From a virus, in the IMG/VR virus record IMGVR_UViG_3300042540_000949, positions 1 to 64,000 of that record: DNA of 64,000 bases. One strand, written 5' to 3'. Both the position numbers and the translations under genes were made by a program. Below are positions 10,782 through 20,563 of this stretch, piece after piece (position 1 is the stretch's first letter; the number at the start of each line of letters is the position of its first letter). Under the pieces are notes generated by a model that did no database searches, was not told the DNA's origin, and was given only the letters and a program-made list of their open reading frames with translations.

Positions 10782-10934
10782 TTATTCTTCGTCACGACGA
10801 TACATCATATCATTCACCTGCTGCTTGCTTTCATGGCGATTGCCCCGCTTCTGCCTTTTCTCTTGCTTGCGGCTCAATCCGTTTTTCTTATTCTTGCGGC
10901 GATTAGTGAATTTCTCAAAACTGTCTTCATTCAT
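10782..10934 (-). CDS. Small very basic hypothetical protein (50 aa; absent from the ORF track)
   Basis: MNEDSFEKFTNRRKNKKNGLSRKQEKRQKRGNRHESKQQVNDMMYRRDEE*; promoter 6 nt upstream. Confidence 0.65.
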   Translation of the reverse strand: MNEDSFEKFTNRRKNKKNGLSRKQEKRQKRGNRHESKQQVNDMMYRRDEE

Positions 10935-10940
10935 GGTGAT

Positions 10941-10968
10941 ATTATAACTCCTGTTTTTTGCAAATCAA
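10941..10968 (-). promoter_or_regulatory. Sigma70-like promoter TTGATT-N16-TATAAT
   Basis: Hexamers and 16-nt spacer counted from sequence. Confidence 0.6.
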
Positions 10969-11249
10969 GTTTCAATCCATTGAGAACCATCTGGGTCCTC
11001 AAACCAAATATAAAATTTTCCATTTGTCGATCCCCACATTTGACCAACTTTTGGATTCAATGGTGGATCGCTGGATTGAACTATTTCTGTAGAACCAGTA
11101 AATTTCCAATTAAGGGGTGCTTGAAATGGGGTCTTTTGTGTTTCGGTTGTGCACTGATACATCTTTCCCTGATATATCACTACATCCCCATTGGAATAAG
11201 TAATGGGTTTCCCGGAAGCGTTCTTTAATTGAAAGTTTCCTTTGAACAT
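10965..11249 (-). CDS. Small late protein with fibre-type motif
   Basis: YSNGDVVIYQGKMYQC (CBM5/12-like) plus PP-x-NP-x-VGQMW...DGSQW motif resembling ORF 2282-4327; CTAAATA at 11257-11263. Confidence 0.55.
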   Translation of the reverse strand: MFKGNFQLKNASGKPITYSNGDVVIYQGKMYQCTTETQKTPFQAPLNWKFTGSTEIVQSSDPPLNPKVGQMWGSTNGKFYIWFEDPDGSQWIET

Positions 11250-11259
11250 TCAATAATAT

Positions 11260-12981
11260 TTAGACTTGAGCCTTGATTCTTGAGAAGTTGTTTTTCTTCT
11301 CAAATTGCATCTGTTGGTCGAATTTGTCAGTCAGCGCATCTGCCTTGTGGCTGATGATGAAGATCGAACACTTGCTCTTCATCTTGTTCAATAACTTCAA
11401 GAACGATTCAGTTCCAGTCGAATCCAAAGAAGAATCAAGAATCTCGTCAAAGATGAGCAGATTGCAATTCAAACTGTTCTTCATCTTTGCAATCTCTCTC
11501 CAAGTCAGGAGAATGGCCAGATCGATACGCTGTTTCTCTCCCTCAGAGAAAGAGGAATATGAGAATGCATCTCTGTATCGTGACTTGATTGTTTCCTTGA
11601 ATTCCTCATCGATATGGAAGTCAACATAGAGATTGAGTTTTCCGAGGAACTTGTTGACGAGTCCATTGATGATGGGAACATAATGCTTGATGATGCGACT
11701 CTTAAGCCCACCATCCTTGAGAATATCGTAAACAACGTCGTGGTGAATTTGCTTGCTGATGGCACTCTCCAAAGCCTTGGCATGTTTGTCCTTTTCGGCA
11801 ATTGCTTCTTCTATCGTTGTATTGATCTCAGATTCACTTGAGGTCTTCTTTATCTTAGCAATTTTTTGATTCAAAGACAAAATTTCATTGTTGAAACCAT
11901 TCTTACGGGTGACACCCTGTGCCTGCAAAATATTCAATTCCAAGATCTTTTGATTTAAAGTTTCTACTTCAGCTTTCAAATTTTCAAGTTCTTTGAGTTT
12001 TTTGTCACCAACCTGTAAGGATTTCTTACAAGAAGCCAATTTTTTTCTTTTCTCCTCCAAATGCTTTTGTCTGGCCTCTTCTGGCAAAGTTTGACCACAG
12101 CAAGTGCACTTTGGATCTGTTTCTAGAGTGTTTATTTGCCCTATAAGCGATTCTTGGAGTTCCAATGCCTTGGAGTGCATTGTGGGAACCCCGGCCATAG
12201 AAGCGATCCTAGAACTGTGTTCTTTCTTTAAATTTTCAAGTTCTGTAAGTTCAGTTACCTTATTTTGAATAAAAGTTTCCTCTGACTTTACGGATGCTTT
12301 CAGTTCTACAATTTTATCTTCATACTCGGCCATCTCCAAATTTTTGGTGTTGTCGATCTGAGTTTTTAGCTCATTTAAAGACTTTACCTTTTCATGGGCA
12401 ATCTTTACAAAACTCTCTTCTTCGGATATTTCAGTCTTCAGTTTGGAGAGTTCACCACGAACATAGACATTCATGTCAGCCAAAATGTCAAGATCCAAAA
12501 GACCTTCGATGATCTTTCGTCTTTCGTTGGGTGTCAACTGCATGAAAGGAATGAAGTTTGACTTGCCTAGAATTACGACTTGCTTAAATGCTGCGTAATC
12601 AAAGCCCAGAATCTGTTCCTCAAAGTGTTCTTGGTAATCCTTTGACTTGGCATGTTGATCAAGCATCTCACCATCTTTGTAGATCTCAAATATTTTTGGA
12701 CTTAGACCTCTTTTGACGATGTATGTTGATCCTGATCGCTTGAATTCAATCTCCACCATGCAATGGCGGTTGTTTACTGAATTCACCAACTGAGGAATGT
12801 TGATTGGACGGAATGGCTTTCCGAACAACCCAAAGCACAAGGAATCCAGAAGAGCAAACGATTTTCCGTTTCCGTTTGTCCCCGTCACCAAGGTTGTCTT
12901 GTTGTTGTTTAGTTTGATCTCGGAGTAATTGTTTCCGAATGATCCAAAGTTTTTAAACTTTACTGATACAAATTCAATCAT
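11260..12981 (-). CDS. gp46: Recombination endonuclease ATPase subunit (gp46, Rad50/SbcC-like)
   Basis: GTNGNGKS, zinc hook CTCCGQ, FSEGEKQRIDL, IFDEILD. Confidence 0.96.
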   Translation of the reverse strand: MIEFVSVKFKNFGSFGNNYSEIKLNNNKTTLVTGTNGNGKSFALLDSLCFGLFGKPFRPINIPQLVNSVNNRHCMVEIEFKRSGSTYIVKRGLSPKIFEIYKDGEMLDQHAKSKDYQEHFEEQILGFDYAAFKQVVILGKSNFIPFMQLTPNERRKIIEGLLDLDILADMNVYVRGELSKLKTEISEEESFVKIAHEKVKSLNELKTQIDNTKNLEMAEYEDKIVELKASVKSEETFIQNKVTELTELENLKKEHSSRIASMAGVPTMHSKALELQESLIGQINTLETDPKCTCCGQTLPEEARQKHLEEKRKKLASCKKSLQVGDKKLKELENLKAEVETLNQKILELNILQAQGVTRKNGFNNEILSLNQKIAKIKKTSSESEINTTIEEAIAEKDKHAKALESAISKQIHHDVVYDILKDGGLKSRIIKHYVPIINGLVNKFLGKLNLYVDFHIDEEFKETIKSRYRDAFSYSSFSEGEKQRIDLAILLTWREIAKMKNSLNCNLLIFDEILDSSLDSTGTESFLKLLNKMKSKCSIFIISHKADALTDKFDQQMQFEKKNNFSRIKAQV

Positions 12982-14024
12982 TCTTCTTCCTTGGACAATG
13001 CATTATTGTAAGCTGCATTTATGATTTCGGCAAGCAAAGGTTTTTGAATTGATTTCTCGTTGATTGTTTCTATTTCTTCGTGCAGGAGTTGAAGCGTGTC
13101 TTTGTGAATGTCCACAGCAACAAGTTCTGGATTTGAAGAAATCTCTTCCGAAACCACCAACTCTGCAACACCTACCTCATAGAACTTGTCTAGGTATTTC
13201 TCAAACAACGCTGGCTTTGTCTTGTTCTTCACGAAGATTTTCACATAACAATCCTTGAACTGAGAATGATCTAGTTTTTCTTTGTTGTCTTCATCATAAT
13301 CAATCGTATGGAATAACTTTCTGGTATTCTTGACAAATGTAAGAGTACGATCCTGAAAGTCGAAGACATGGAAGCCCTTTTCTTCCCAAACGTCAGAAAA
13401 GCCCATTTGGTATTGCGTTCCGAGATAATGAATATTATCACGGCTAGACTTAATGTGATAATGCCCAGTAAGAACGTACTCAAACTTATCGAAATGCTTG
13501 GGATCATAACCTTGCTCTATGAATACTCCACGGATGCTCTGAAAGCCAAAAAGTTCAAGATGTCCTAGCAATACAGAACATGTGTTGTCTGCAAGAAACT
13601 TTGCTGCTTGGTCTTCATTTTCCGGGTTTATCCACGGGAGCAGTGCGACACAACCGCAGGAAAGCTGTATATTGGTCGGCTCTGAATAGACTGACCAATT
13701 CGAATAATGTCCAGCGAGTTCCTGCAAGGAGTTGATGGAATTGGTATTACGGTAATAGGTGTCGTGGTTTCCGCAGATGATGTGGACTTTGATGCCCATC
13801 TCAAGTAGTGGGTCAAAAAACTCTTTTTGAACTCTGTGAAGCGTCTTGAAATTGACATATTTTCTCCTGTCAAAAAGATCTCCTAGATGGAAGATAGTCT
13901 TGATGTTGTGTTCCTTCATGTAGGGAAATAACTGTTCCGTGAAGAACTCAAGGAAGTAATCAAGAACTATGCACGAATCATTCTTGTATCCAAAATGAGT
14001 GTCGTTAAGAATTATTGCTTTCAT
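12978..14024 (-). CDS. gp47: Recombination endonuclease nuclease subunit (gp47, Mre11/SbcD-like)
   Basis: DTHFG, GDLFD, GNHD, GHYH metallophosphoesterase motifs. Confidence 0.96.
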   Translation of the reverse strand: MKAIILNDTHFGYKNDSCIVLDYFLEFFTEQLFPYMKEHNIKTIFHLGDLFDRRKYVNFKTLHRVQKEFFDPLLEMGIKVHIICGNHDTYYRNTNSINSLQELAGHYSNWSVYSEPTNIQLSCGCVALLPWINPENEDQAAKFLADNTCSVLLGHLELFGFQSIRGVFIEQGYDPKHFDKFEYVLTGHYHIKSSRDNIHYLGTQYQMGFSDVWEEKGFHVFDFQDRTLTFVKNTRKLFHTIDYDEDNKEKLDHSQFKDCYVKIFVKNKTKPALFEKYLDKFYEVGVAELVVSEEISSNPELVAVDIHKDTLQLLHEEIETINEKSIQKPLLAEIINAAYNNALSKEEE

Positions 14025-14590
14025 AGATCAAATGGATCCGGCTTTGGCTTTCGCTTTTTTCTCTTTGCCTTCTTTGGCTGACACATTTCATCAAACCTTA
14101 CCATGTCGGAATCGGTAAGACCAAAAAAATCTCGTCTTCCGATATCCATTCCAGCATAGGTTTCATTGAACCAATTTTGAAAGTCTTTGTTGTTCTGTTG
14201 TTCTGCAAACTTATATTGAACATATTTTTCTTTCTTTTCTTTGTTGATTATACGCACAAAAGAAAACCAGCAAATTTGGGTTAGATAACCAAATGGGCTG
14301 GTTGAACGCTTAGGATCAAAATTATCTATGTATGTTATGCAATTTAAAACGGCATCAGACACCATTTCGTCTCTATAGGAATAGTTTGCAAAATTTGGTC
14401 TATATGACAATCGGCTTGCTATCTTCAATACACACTCACCGATGTAATCTGGTAACTTTGGCTTCTTTCGTCCAGAGTTATCTGCGTCTTTGCACTTCTT
14501 TTTGTATTCAACCAAGGCATCATAGAGCTGCTGATTGTCTACATAATCAGCATCCGATGGCTTGGCTTTTTTCTTTTTGGTCTTTTTCAC
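14021..14590 (-). CDS. gp55: Late transcription sigma factor (gp55)
   Basis: YVDN...YIGEC...LSYRPNFANYSYRDEMVSDA...PFGYLTQI. Confidence 0.95.
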   Translation of the reverse strand: MKKTKKKKAKPSDADYVDNQQLYDALVEYKKKCKDADNSGRKKPKLPDYIGECVLKIASRLSYRPNFANYSYRDEMVSDAVLNCITYIDNFDPKRSTSPFGYLTQICWFSFVRIINKEKKEKYVQYKFAEQQNNKDFQNWFNETYAGMDIGRRDFFGLTDSDMVRFDEMCQPKKAKRKKRKPKPDPFDL

Positions 14591-14592
14591 CT

Positions 14593-15513
14593 TTAAAGTG
14601 TAGCATCTACTTGGGTTTTGTCAAGATATTCCATCAAGTCTCTGCTTGGAATCCAGTTCAAAACTGATTTTAGTTTTTCTACATTTGCCTTACTATTGCG
14701 ACACTCACCCATTCTTTCTGGTAAATATTCGTGTTTAGATTTGTCTAGTTGAATTTTTGAAGCGATTTCGTTTATGTTATATGCTTTCCCGGTACCAACA
14801 TTAAACACTTCACCATTGTATTTTTGTTCACTCAAACTAAACTTATAGTTGGCTTCAACAACATCTTGTACATGAACAAAATCTCTGGTTTGCAACCCAT
14901 TACCTATAATTGTGATGTTTTGGTTGTTCTTTTTTTGTTTTTGAAATATTCCAATGACGGGAGCGTATTGACCCTTAGACGGATTTCTTGGCCCATAGAC
15001 ATTGAAATAACGAAGACAAACCGTGTCTACCCCATAAAGATTTCCATATAAATTACAATATTGCTCGGCATGCAATTTACTCAATGAATATGGATTAAGG
15101 CAATCTGGTTTATTGATTTCTTTCTGCTCTTTTGAAGAATTTCCGTATATAGCCGATGTGCTTGATAATATCAATTTTGAAACTGAATATTTTTTGCACA
15201 ATGACAACATTGTCAGTGTCCCCATTGCATTTACTTCAAACGCTTTTTGTGGATCTTCAATGCATTTTTGTATTCTGGCTTCTGCTGCAAAATGCAAAAC
15301 TATATCAGGTTTATATTTGTTAAAAATATCTGAACACATTATATAGTCTGAAACATCATAATGGTAATAGATTGCTTTATCATTATAATAAAAATTATCA
15401 TGAACATCAGAAGAAAGATTGTCTATAACAACAACTCTATGACCTTCGTTGATAAGCAAATCAACTGCATTTGAACCAATAAATCCACAACCACCTGTAA
15501 TTATACACTTCAT
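14593..15513 (-). CDS. NAD-dependent nucleotide-sugar epimerase/dehydratase
   Basis: GGCGFIGS, YSLSK (YxxxK), LRYFNVYGP. Confidence 0.9.
   Translation of the reverse strand: MKCIITGGCGFIGSNAVDLLINEGHRVVVIDNLSSDVHDNFYYNDKAIYYHYDVSDYIMCSDIFNKYKPDIVLHFAAEARIQKCIEDPQKAFEVNAMGTLTMLSLCKKYSVSKLILSSTSAIYGNSSKEQKEINKPDCLNPYSLSKLHAEQYCNLYGNLYGVDTVCLRYFNVYGPRNPSKGQYAPVIGIFQKQKKNNQNITIIGNGLQTRDFVHVQDVVEANYKFSLSEQKYNGEVFNVGTGKAYNINEIASKIQLDKSKHEYLPERMGECRNSKANVEKLKSVLNWIPSRDLMEYLDKTQVDATL
14597..14624 (-). promoter_or_regulatory. Sigma70-like promoter TTGACA-N16-TACACT for gp55
   Basis: Inside the 3' end of the epimerase gene; 6 nt before the gp55 GTG. Confidence 0.65.
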
Positions 15514-15522
15514 ATAAATTTT

Positions 15523-16509
15523 TTATTTCCAATACGAATATATTCCCTTTTCAACTTCATAAGAATCCCATTTTTTTTGAATTCTATTGGGTTGGGTTTT
15601 GGCCCAATTCCACATTTCTGTCAAGCCATTTTTTAAACTAGTTTTATCTTCATAAAAAAGTATATCTTGTGATTTTTTCCAAGTTGACCAAGCATATTTT
15701 ACTTCGTGTCTTTCTTCAAGATAAACTTTTTTACCATAACCCATAACCTCTAAAATAATATCTGCAGTATCATTTATAGAATATTCTTTAATGCCACCCA
15801 AATTTATTATTTGTTTTGATGCCAACTTACTTGTTCCAGCCAACCATAATGGATTTAAACAATCATCAATATAGCTAAATGCACGTTTTTGATCGCCACT
15901 ACCGTATATTGTTATAGGTTGATTATTTAAATTTTGATACATCCAAATACCCAAAACGTTTCGGTATTTGTCCCATATATTTTGGTTTTTTCCATAAACA
16001 TTATGAGGTCTTATTATACACCAATCTAAACCATGCTGTATTCCGGCTATTTCAATATCTTGTTCACAAGCAGCTTTGGCGACTCCATAAGGATCTATAG
16101 GATTTCTAAGCATGATTTCATCAAATGGTGGTACATTATTTCCATATACTGCCATCGAAGAAGTAAAAATTAATCTTTTTACATTATGGTTTATACAATT
16201 GTTTACTATATTAGCTGTAGACAAAAGATTATTGTTATAATTAAATTTACGAATAAATGGACTAAGACCTTCTGCGGCATAGGCCGCAAAATGATAGACT
16301 AATTCCGGTTTTGTCTCTTTAAAAATTTTATTAATTTTATCATCTAAACAATTAACTTCATAAAATTTAATTTTAGGATCAATATTTTCTATATAACCAC
16401 CACTCAAATCATCTATACCAATTACATTTATATTTTTATTTTGTTCTAAAAGCCAAGACGAAAATCTTGACCCCAATAATCCAGAAACACCTGTTACTAA
16501 AATATTCAT
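15523..16509 (-). CDS. NAD-dependent nucleotide-sugar epimerase/dehydratase
   Basis: GVSGLLGS, YGVAK, RPHNVYG. Confidence 0.9.
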   Translation of the reverse strand: MNILVTGVSGLLGSRFSSWLLEQNKNINVIGIDDLSGGYIENIDPKIKFYEVNCLDDKINKIFKETKPELVYHFAAYAAEGLSPFIRKFNYNNNLLSTANIVNNCINHNVKRLIFTSSMAVYGNNVPPFDEIMLRNPIDPYGVAKAACEQDIEIAGIQHGLDWCIIRPHNVYGKNQNIWDKYRNVLGIWMYQNLNNQPITIYGSGDQKRAFSYIDDCLNPLWLAGTSKLASKQIINLGGIKEYSINDTADIILEVMGYGKKVYLEERHEVKYAWSTWKKSQDILFYEDKTSLKNGLTEMWNWAKTQPNRIQKKWDSYEVEKGIYSYWK

Positions 16510-16524
16510 TGTATGTTCTCCATT

Positions 16525-17499
16525 TTACCTTTTACAAATTTTTAAATTATGTTCAATCATATCATCCATAAGAGTTTGAAAAGTATATTCGGGTTTCCAG
16601 TTAAGAATTTGTCTAATTTTTGTGGAATCACCCCTTAAATACTTTAATTCTTCTGGTCTTAAAAATTTTTCATTTTGGACCACATGTTTGGTATAATCTA
16701 AATTCAATTTTGTAAACACATATTTTACCATATCCAATACAGAATGTGTTTGCATTGTTGATACAACAAAATCATCGGGTTTATCATGATTTATTATTAA
16801 ATGCATTGCTTTAACATAATCTTTAGAGTGACCCCAATCTCTGTATGAATCCATATTTCCTAATTCTAAAGTATTTTCATAACCATATTTAATATTAACA
16901 GCAGTTTTAATAACTTTACTAGTAACAAAACTTGACCCTCTTCTTGGAGACTCATGATTAAATAAAATTCCATTTACTGCATGTAAATTATAAGAATTTC
17001 TATAATTTCTTACCAAAGAATAACCAAATAATTTAGAACAGCCATAAGGACTTACTGGGTGCATTGGAGTGGTTTCTCTTTGAAATCCATCATCGTCAAC
17101 AGAATTACCAAACATCTCAGAAGAACTTGCTTGATAAAATTTTGCATTTGGACAAGATCGCCTGTATGCTTCCAAAATATTCATGACACCCAAACCATTT
17201 GTCTGTGCTGTAAATTGTGGAATTTCAAAACTTACTTTAACATGGCTTTGTGCTGCTAAATTATAGATTTCATCTGGTTGTATTTTATCTAATAAACGTT
17301 CTAAACTAGATTGATCTAATAAATCGCCATAACTAATATTTAATTTTTCTCTAATTTCATTAGAAAATCGGTTTTGTTGATTTTCTGCAACAGAATTTCT
17401 TCTAACAATTCCATAAACATCATACCCTAAACTTAAAAGATATTCTGCTAGATATGATCCGTCTTGACCGTTTATTCCGGTAATAAAAGCCTTTTTCAT
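16525..17499 (-). CDS. gmd: GDP-mannose 4,6-dehydratase
   Basis: ITGINGQDGSYLAE, NLAAQSHV, QASSSEMFG, GILFNHESPRRG, RDWGH. Confidence 0.96.
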   Translation of the reverse strand: MKKAFITGINGQDGSYLAEYLLSLGYDVYGIVRRNSVAENQQNRFSNEIREKLNISYGDLLDQSSLERLLDKIQPDEIYNLAAQSHVKVSFEIPQFTAQTNGLGVMNILEAYRRSCPNAKFYQASSSEMFGNSVDDDGFQRETTPMHPVSPYGCSKLFGYSLVRNYRNSYNLHAVNGILFNHESPRRGSSFVTSKVIKTAVNIKYGYENTLELGNMDSYRDWGHSKDYVKAMHLIINHDKPDDFVVSTMQTHSVLDMVKYVFTKLNLDYTKHVVQNEKFLRPEELKYLRGDSTKIRQILNWKPEYTFQTLMDDMIEHNLKICKR

Positions 17500-17502
17500 A
17501 AA

Positions 17503-18105
17503 TTACTTTCTAAAAATATCCATCTCTGTTAAATCCGGCCAATCTTGGATAGTCCATTGAACCGGAGGTGTTTCGATTGCTTTTGGTAATTTTTCTAATC
17601 CCAACTTTGCTGTTTCTGGTGTCATATAATAATGATATCCAACAGTGGATATATTTTGATCTCTCCACGGAACATTGTGTTCTCTTCCATCATATGACAT
17701 TTTTTTAAGTTGGTTTGCCGCTTCTAAATTATCTGTAAGAATTATACCACCTCTGCCAAGCGAAAGATGTTTTTTGTATTGAAAACTTACATTCATGTAA
17801 GTATTTTGAATATAACTATTTTTTTTCCATAATACTGCTGCGTCAATTATATCTTCAGTAATATAATAATAATCTTTCCAATTTTCATCTTTCCACTCAA
17901 GCATAATATTTAATTTTTTGGCTAAAAAAGGAATAGAAAGATACGTGTGTTTTGGCACAGATATCTTTTCATTTTTTTTATATCTTAAACACAGTTCTAC
18001 ACCGTGTGTACATGAATCCACGGCTATTGCGTATGGAGCTCCAAAAAAATTTTTAATTTCATTTTCAAACTGTGTTATTAAATCAAAATCCATAAAAATT
18101 AACAA
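17503..18105 (-). CDS. Short DegT/DnrJ/EryC1/StrS-family PLP sugar aminotransferase
   Basis: FENEI...AIAVDSCT...IDAA...SFQYKKHLSLGRGG; only about 200 aa. Confidence 0.75.
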   Translation of the reverse strand: MLIFMDFDLITQFENEIKNFFGAPYAIAVDSCTHGVELCLRYKKNEKISVPKHTYLSIPFLAKKLNIMLEWKDENWKDYYYITEDIIDAAVLWKKNSYIQNTYMNVSFQYKKHLSLGRGGIILTDNLEAANQLKKMSYDGREHNVPWRDQNISTVGYHYYMTPETAKLGLEKLPKAIETPPVQWTIQDWPDLTEMDIFRK

Positions 18106-18111
18106 TCTAGT

Positions 18112-18148
18112 TATTTATGTAATATAATATATTATTTTATAATGTCAA
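18112..18148 (-). promoter_or_regulatory. Tandem sigma70-like promoter (TTGACA-N16-TATATT, 18121-18148) and late-type promoter (ATAAATA, 18112-18118) inside the glycan island
   Basis: Only sizeable intergenic gap in the island; both motifs seen. Confidence 0.55.
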
Positions 18149-18152
18149 AAAA

Positions 18153-18683
18153 TTATATTTCAGAATAACCCAACTTTTTTGCATTATTTAATATTATTGA
18201 TGGGTCTATTTTTTTAACCAAAACTGCTGGATTACCTTTATACACTCCCCACTCTTCTGTTTCACCCCTAAGCAAACTTCCTGCGGTTAATAGTACACCC
18301 CTTCTTAAAATCGATCCGGGAAGAACTATTGCATTGGTGCTAACATTTGAAAACTCTTCCATCGTGACAGGTTTATTTATTTGTGTTCCTTTATATTCAT
18401 TTGGAATCATTGCCCCAAATAATCCGCTTCCATCAAATCTATCTGAAGCACAAATTATTCTGGCACCAGCCATAATATTATTAAATCCTTTAACTTCAAA
18501 ATAAGAATTTTTACCACCTATAATAGTAACATACGGTCCAATATGAACATACGAACCAATTTTAATATTGGGTGTGCAGTAAAATCCTTTATCTATTGCA
18601 ATGTTTGATCCATTTATTGATAGAGAATTTTTTACAAAATTATCATTATCAATTAGTACATTTGTACCTTTTATATCAATCAT
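18153..18683 (-). CDS. Left-handed beta-helix sugar O-acyltransferase
   Basis: Hexapeptide repeats (IKIGSYVHIGPYVTI), GNPAVLVK tail. Confidence 0.8.
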   Translation of the reverse strand: MIDIKGTNVLIDNDNFVKNSLSINGSNIAIDKGFYCTPNIKIGSYVHIGPYVTIIGGKNSYFEVKGFNNIMAGARIICASDRFDGSGLFGAMIPNEYKGTQINKPVTMEEFSNVSTNAIVLPGSILRRGVLLTAGSLLRGETEEWGVYKGNPAVLVKKIDPSIILNNAKKLGYSEI

Positions 18684-19264
18684 AAGGATTTTACGAAGTC
18701 GTCAACTGTTATAAGATTTAATAGTTTTGTTCTATTTAAATTAAAAAATTCATAATTTAAATTGTAGGGGTCTTCTACGTCTATAAGATCTTGGTATCCT
18801 TCAGAGATTATACCACACCCGTAATCCGTATCAATGACTCTCATGTACAAATCTTTTCTTTCAGTTTTTAATTTGACCCAAGCTTTCCAACAATCTCCTG
18901 TCCATGGAGCCCCAGACATTGGTTCGGGATACCTTTGTACAAATTCATTGTAAGGATTCATGTCGTGGCAAATAATATATCCATTTGTATTTAATATTTT
19001 TAAAGAATTTATTATATCAAAATATACTTGTTTGCACCAGTGCAAACCATCAATAAAGATTATATCAAATTTTTCTGTATTTTGTTTAAAAAAATCATCG
19101 GATGTCATTTTAAACGAAACTGGAACACATGGATTTGGATCTACTGATATTTTATAATCACAAACTATCGAATTAAAATTTATTCCGGGCCCCATTCCTA
19201 TTTCTAGATAGGATTTAGCATTTATCTTGTTTATTAAACGTTGTATTATTTCTGTTCTTAACAT
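18680..19264 (-). CDS. Class I SAM-dependent methyltransferase
   Basis: YLEIG, FDIIFIDGLH, IICHD. Confidence 0.8.
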   Translation of the reverse strand: MLRTEIIQRLINKINAKSYLEIGMGPGINFNSIVCDYKISVDPNPCVPVSFKMTSDDFFKQNTEKFDIIFIDGLHWCKQVYFDIINSLKILNTNGYIICHDMNPYNEFVQRYPEPMSGAPWTGDCWKAWVKLKTERKDLYMRVIDTDYGCGIISEGYQDLIDVEDPYNLNYEFFNLNRTKLLNLITVDDFVKSL

Positions 19265-19265
19265 A

Positions 19266-20150
19266 TTATGCCTTAAACACTTTCTTTATATTTTCGTTCC
19301 ACAATATTCCCCCACAAAATAATCCAGATATTTTTCCAAAAAGATAATCGCATTTTCCTAACAATTTAGTTTGTATTATAGCTTCTTCACCCAATAAACG
19401 GCGATGATTTTCTCTTTTTGTGCTAATTTCTATCCAGCAATGTACTTTGTTATAGTACTCCGGTGTTTCATCAGTTTTTCTAAAGACATCGGGAATATAA
19501 TAAGAATTTGGAAAAGTTTTTGACAAGGTTTCTATATAATCACTATCTTCGCTAACAAAAAATAATTTATTTATTTGAGGATTTTCATCTAGTATTGTTT
19601 GTATTTTTTTTACATAATCTTGAATAGTAAAAATTCCATATTCTGGATGAATAGCATCAAATTCTGTTCCCCGTATCATCATACCTAGAGTAGTATAGCC
19701 TTTTAATTCTTTTTCATAGATTTCATTAACTTTATCTAAAATAAATTGTTTTGGTTTTATATACAATTTATCAACCGTTTGTTGTCTGATAAGTTGATCC
19801 GGCTGATCAAAATAATGTTTTGAATGATCTATTATTTCTGATCTCCTTGGAACAGTACAATCTATGATAATATCGTCTGGCTGTGGAATATCTTGATCAA
19901 ACCAATAATCAAATGGGTTACCGTTTGGAACCAATATGCTGGTTTGTCTAGTTTGTCCCGATATATCACTCATGTTTGGTGTAAAACCTTCAACCCATGT
20001 AGTTCTACCCCAATCAATATATGGGATTCCTTCTCCTTTAGTTTCATGATGGTGGATAAGATGCTCTAGACAAATTCTATAATTTGAAAAAAATCCATAA
20101 CCGTAACCCCATCCATGGTAAATTGGCTGTATTCTATAATATTTTTTCAT
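19266..20150 (-). CDS. Putative fucosyltransferase-like (NodZ/O-FucT-like) glycosyltransferase
   Basis: GFFSN, LGMMIRGTE (degenerate HxRxxD), FVSED, LLGKCDYL. Confidence 0.55.
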   Translation of the reverse strand: MKKYYRIQPIYHGWGYGYGFFSNYRICLEHLIHHHETKGEGIPYIDWGRTTWVEGFTPNMSDISGQTRQTSILVPNGNPFDYWFDQDIPQPDDIIIDCTVPRRSEIIDHSKHYFDQPDQLIRQQTVDKLYIKPKQFILDKVNEIYEKELKGYTTLGMMIRGTEFDAIHPEYGIFTIQDYVKKIQTILDENPQINKLFFVSEDSDYIETLSKTFPNSYYIPDVFRKTDETPEYYNKVHCWIEISTKRENHRRLLGEEAIIQTKLLGKCDYLFGKISGLFCGGILWNENIKKVFKA

Positions 20151-20563
20151 TTTAAAAATTCTTTATCTAAGGCCAGTCCTTCATATGGTCCAGTTTTATA
20201 TTCATAAACAATTGTATTTGGTTCAAGGATAAGGTAATTGTGACCACCGTATAAAGTAAAACTTGCATCACCGGGATTTAAAATAACTTCTGTTAACATA
20301 GAATCATCAATATCATAAAAAATTGATTTAATTTTACCTTTAATTACAATCCAAGATTCTTGTGCTATCTGATTTGTATAACTTCTACTTTTTTCTATGT
20401 GCTTGTGGGCTTTAAATGTTTGATTATTTTCTAGACACATAAACGAACATTGTAAAAAATTATCTTCAGGAATAATGTTTACCCTCGCAGATACATTTTC
20501 TAGTCTATGGACAAGATGAAGTAGTTTATTTGGTTCAACTTTAGAATAATATTTTTCAATCAT
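20147..20563 (-). CDS. WbuC-like cupin protein
   Basis: FKAHKH...QESWIV...GGHNY...EYKTGPY; start at 20563 (MIEKYY) preferred. Confidence 0.65.
   Translation of the reverse strand: MIEKYYSKVEPNKLLHLVHRLENVSARVNIIPEDNFLQCSFMCLENNQTFKAHKHIEKSRSYTNQIAQESWIVIKGKIKSIFYDIDDSMLTEVILNPGDASFTLYGGHNYLILEPNTIVYEYKTGPYEGLALDKEFLK

Noticed and set aside
10725-11228. 167-aa plus-strand ORF
   Set aside because: Antisense to two minus-strand genes that have their own promoters
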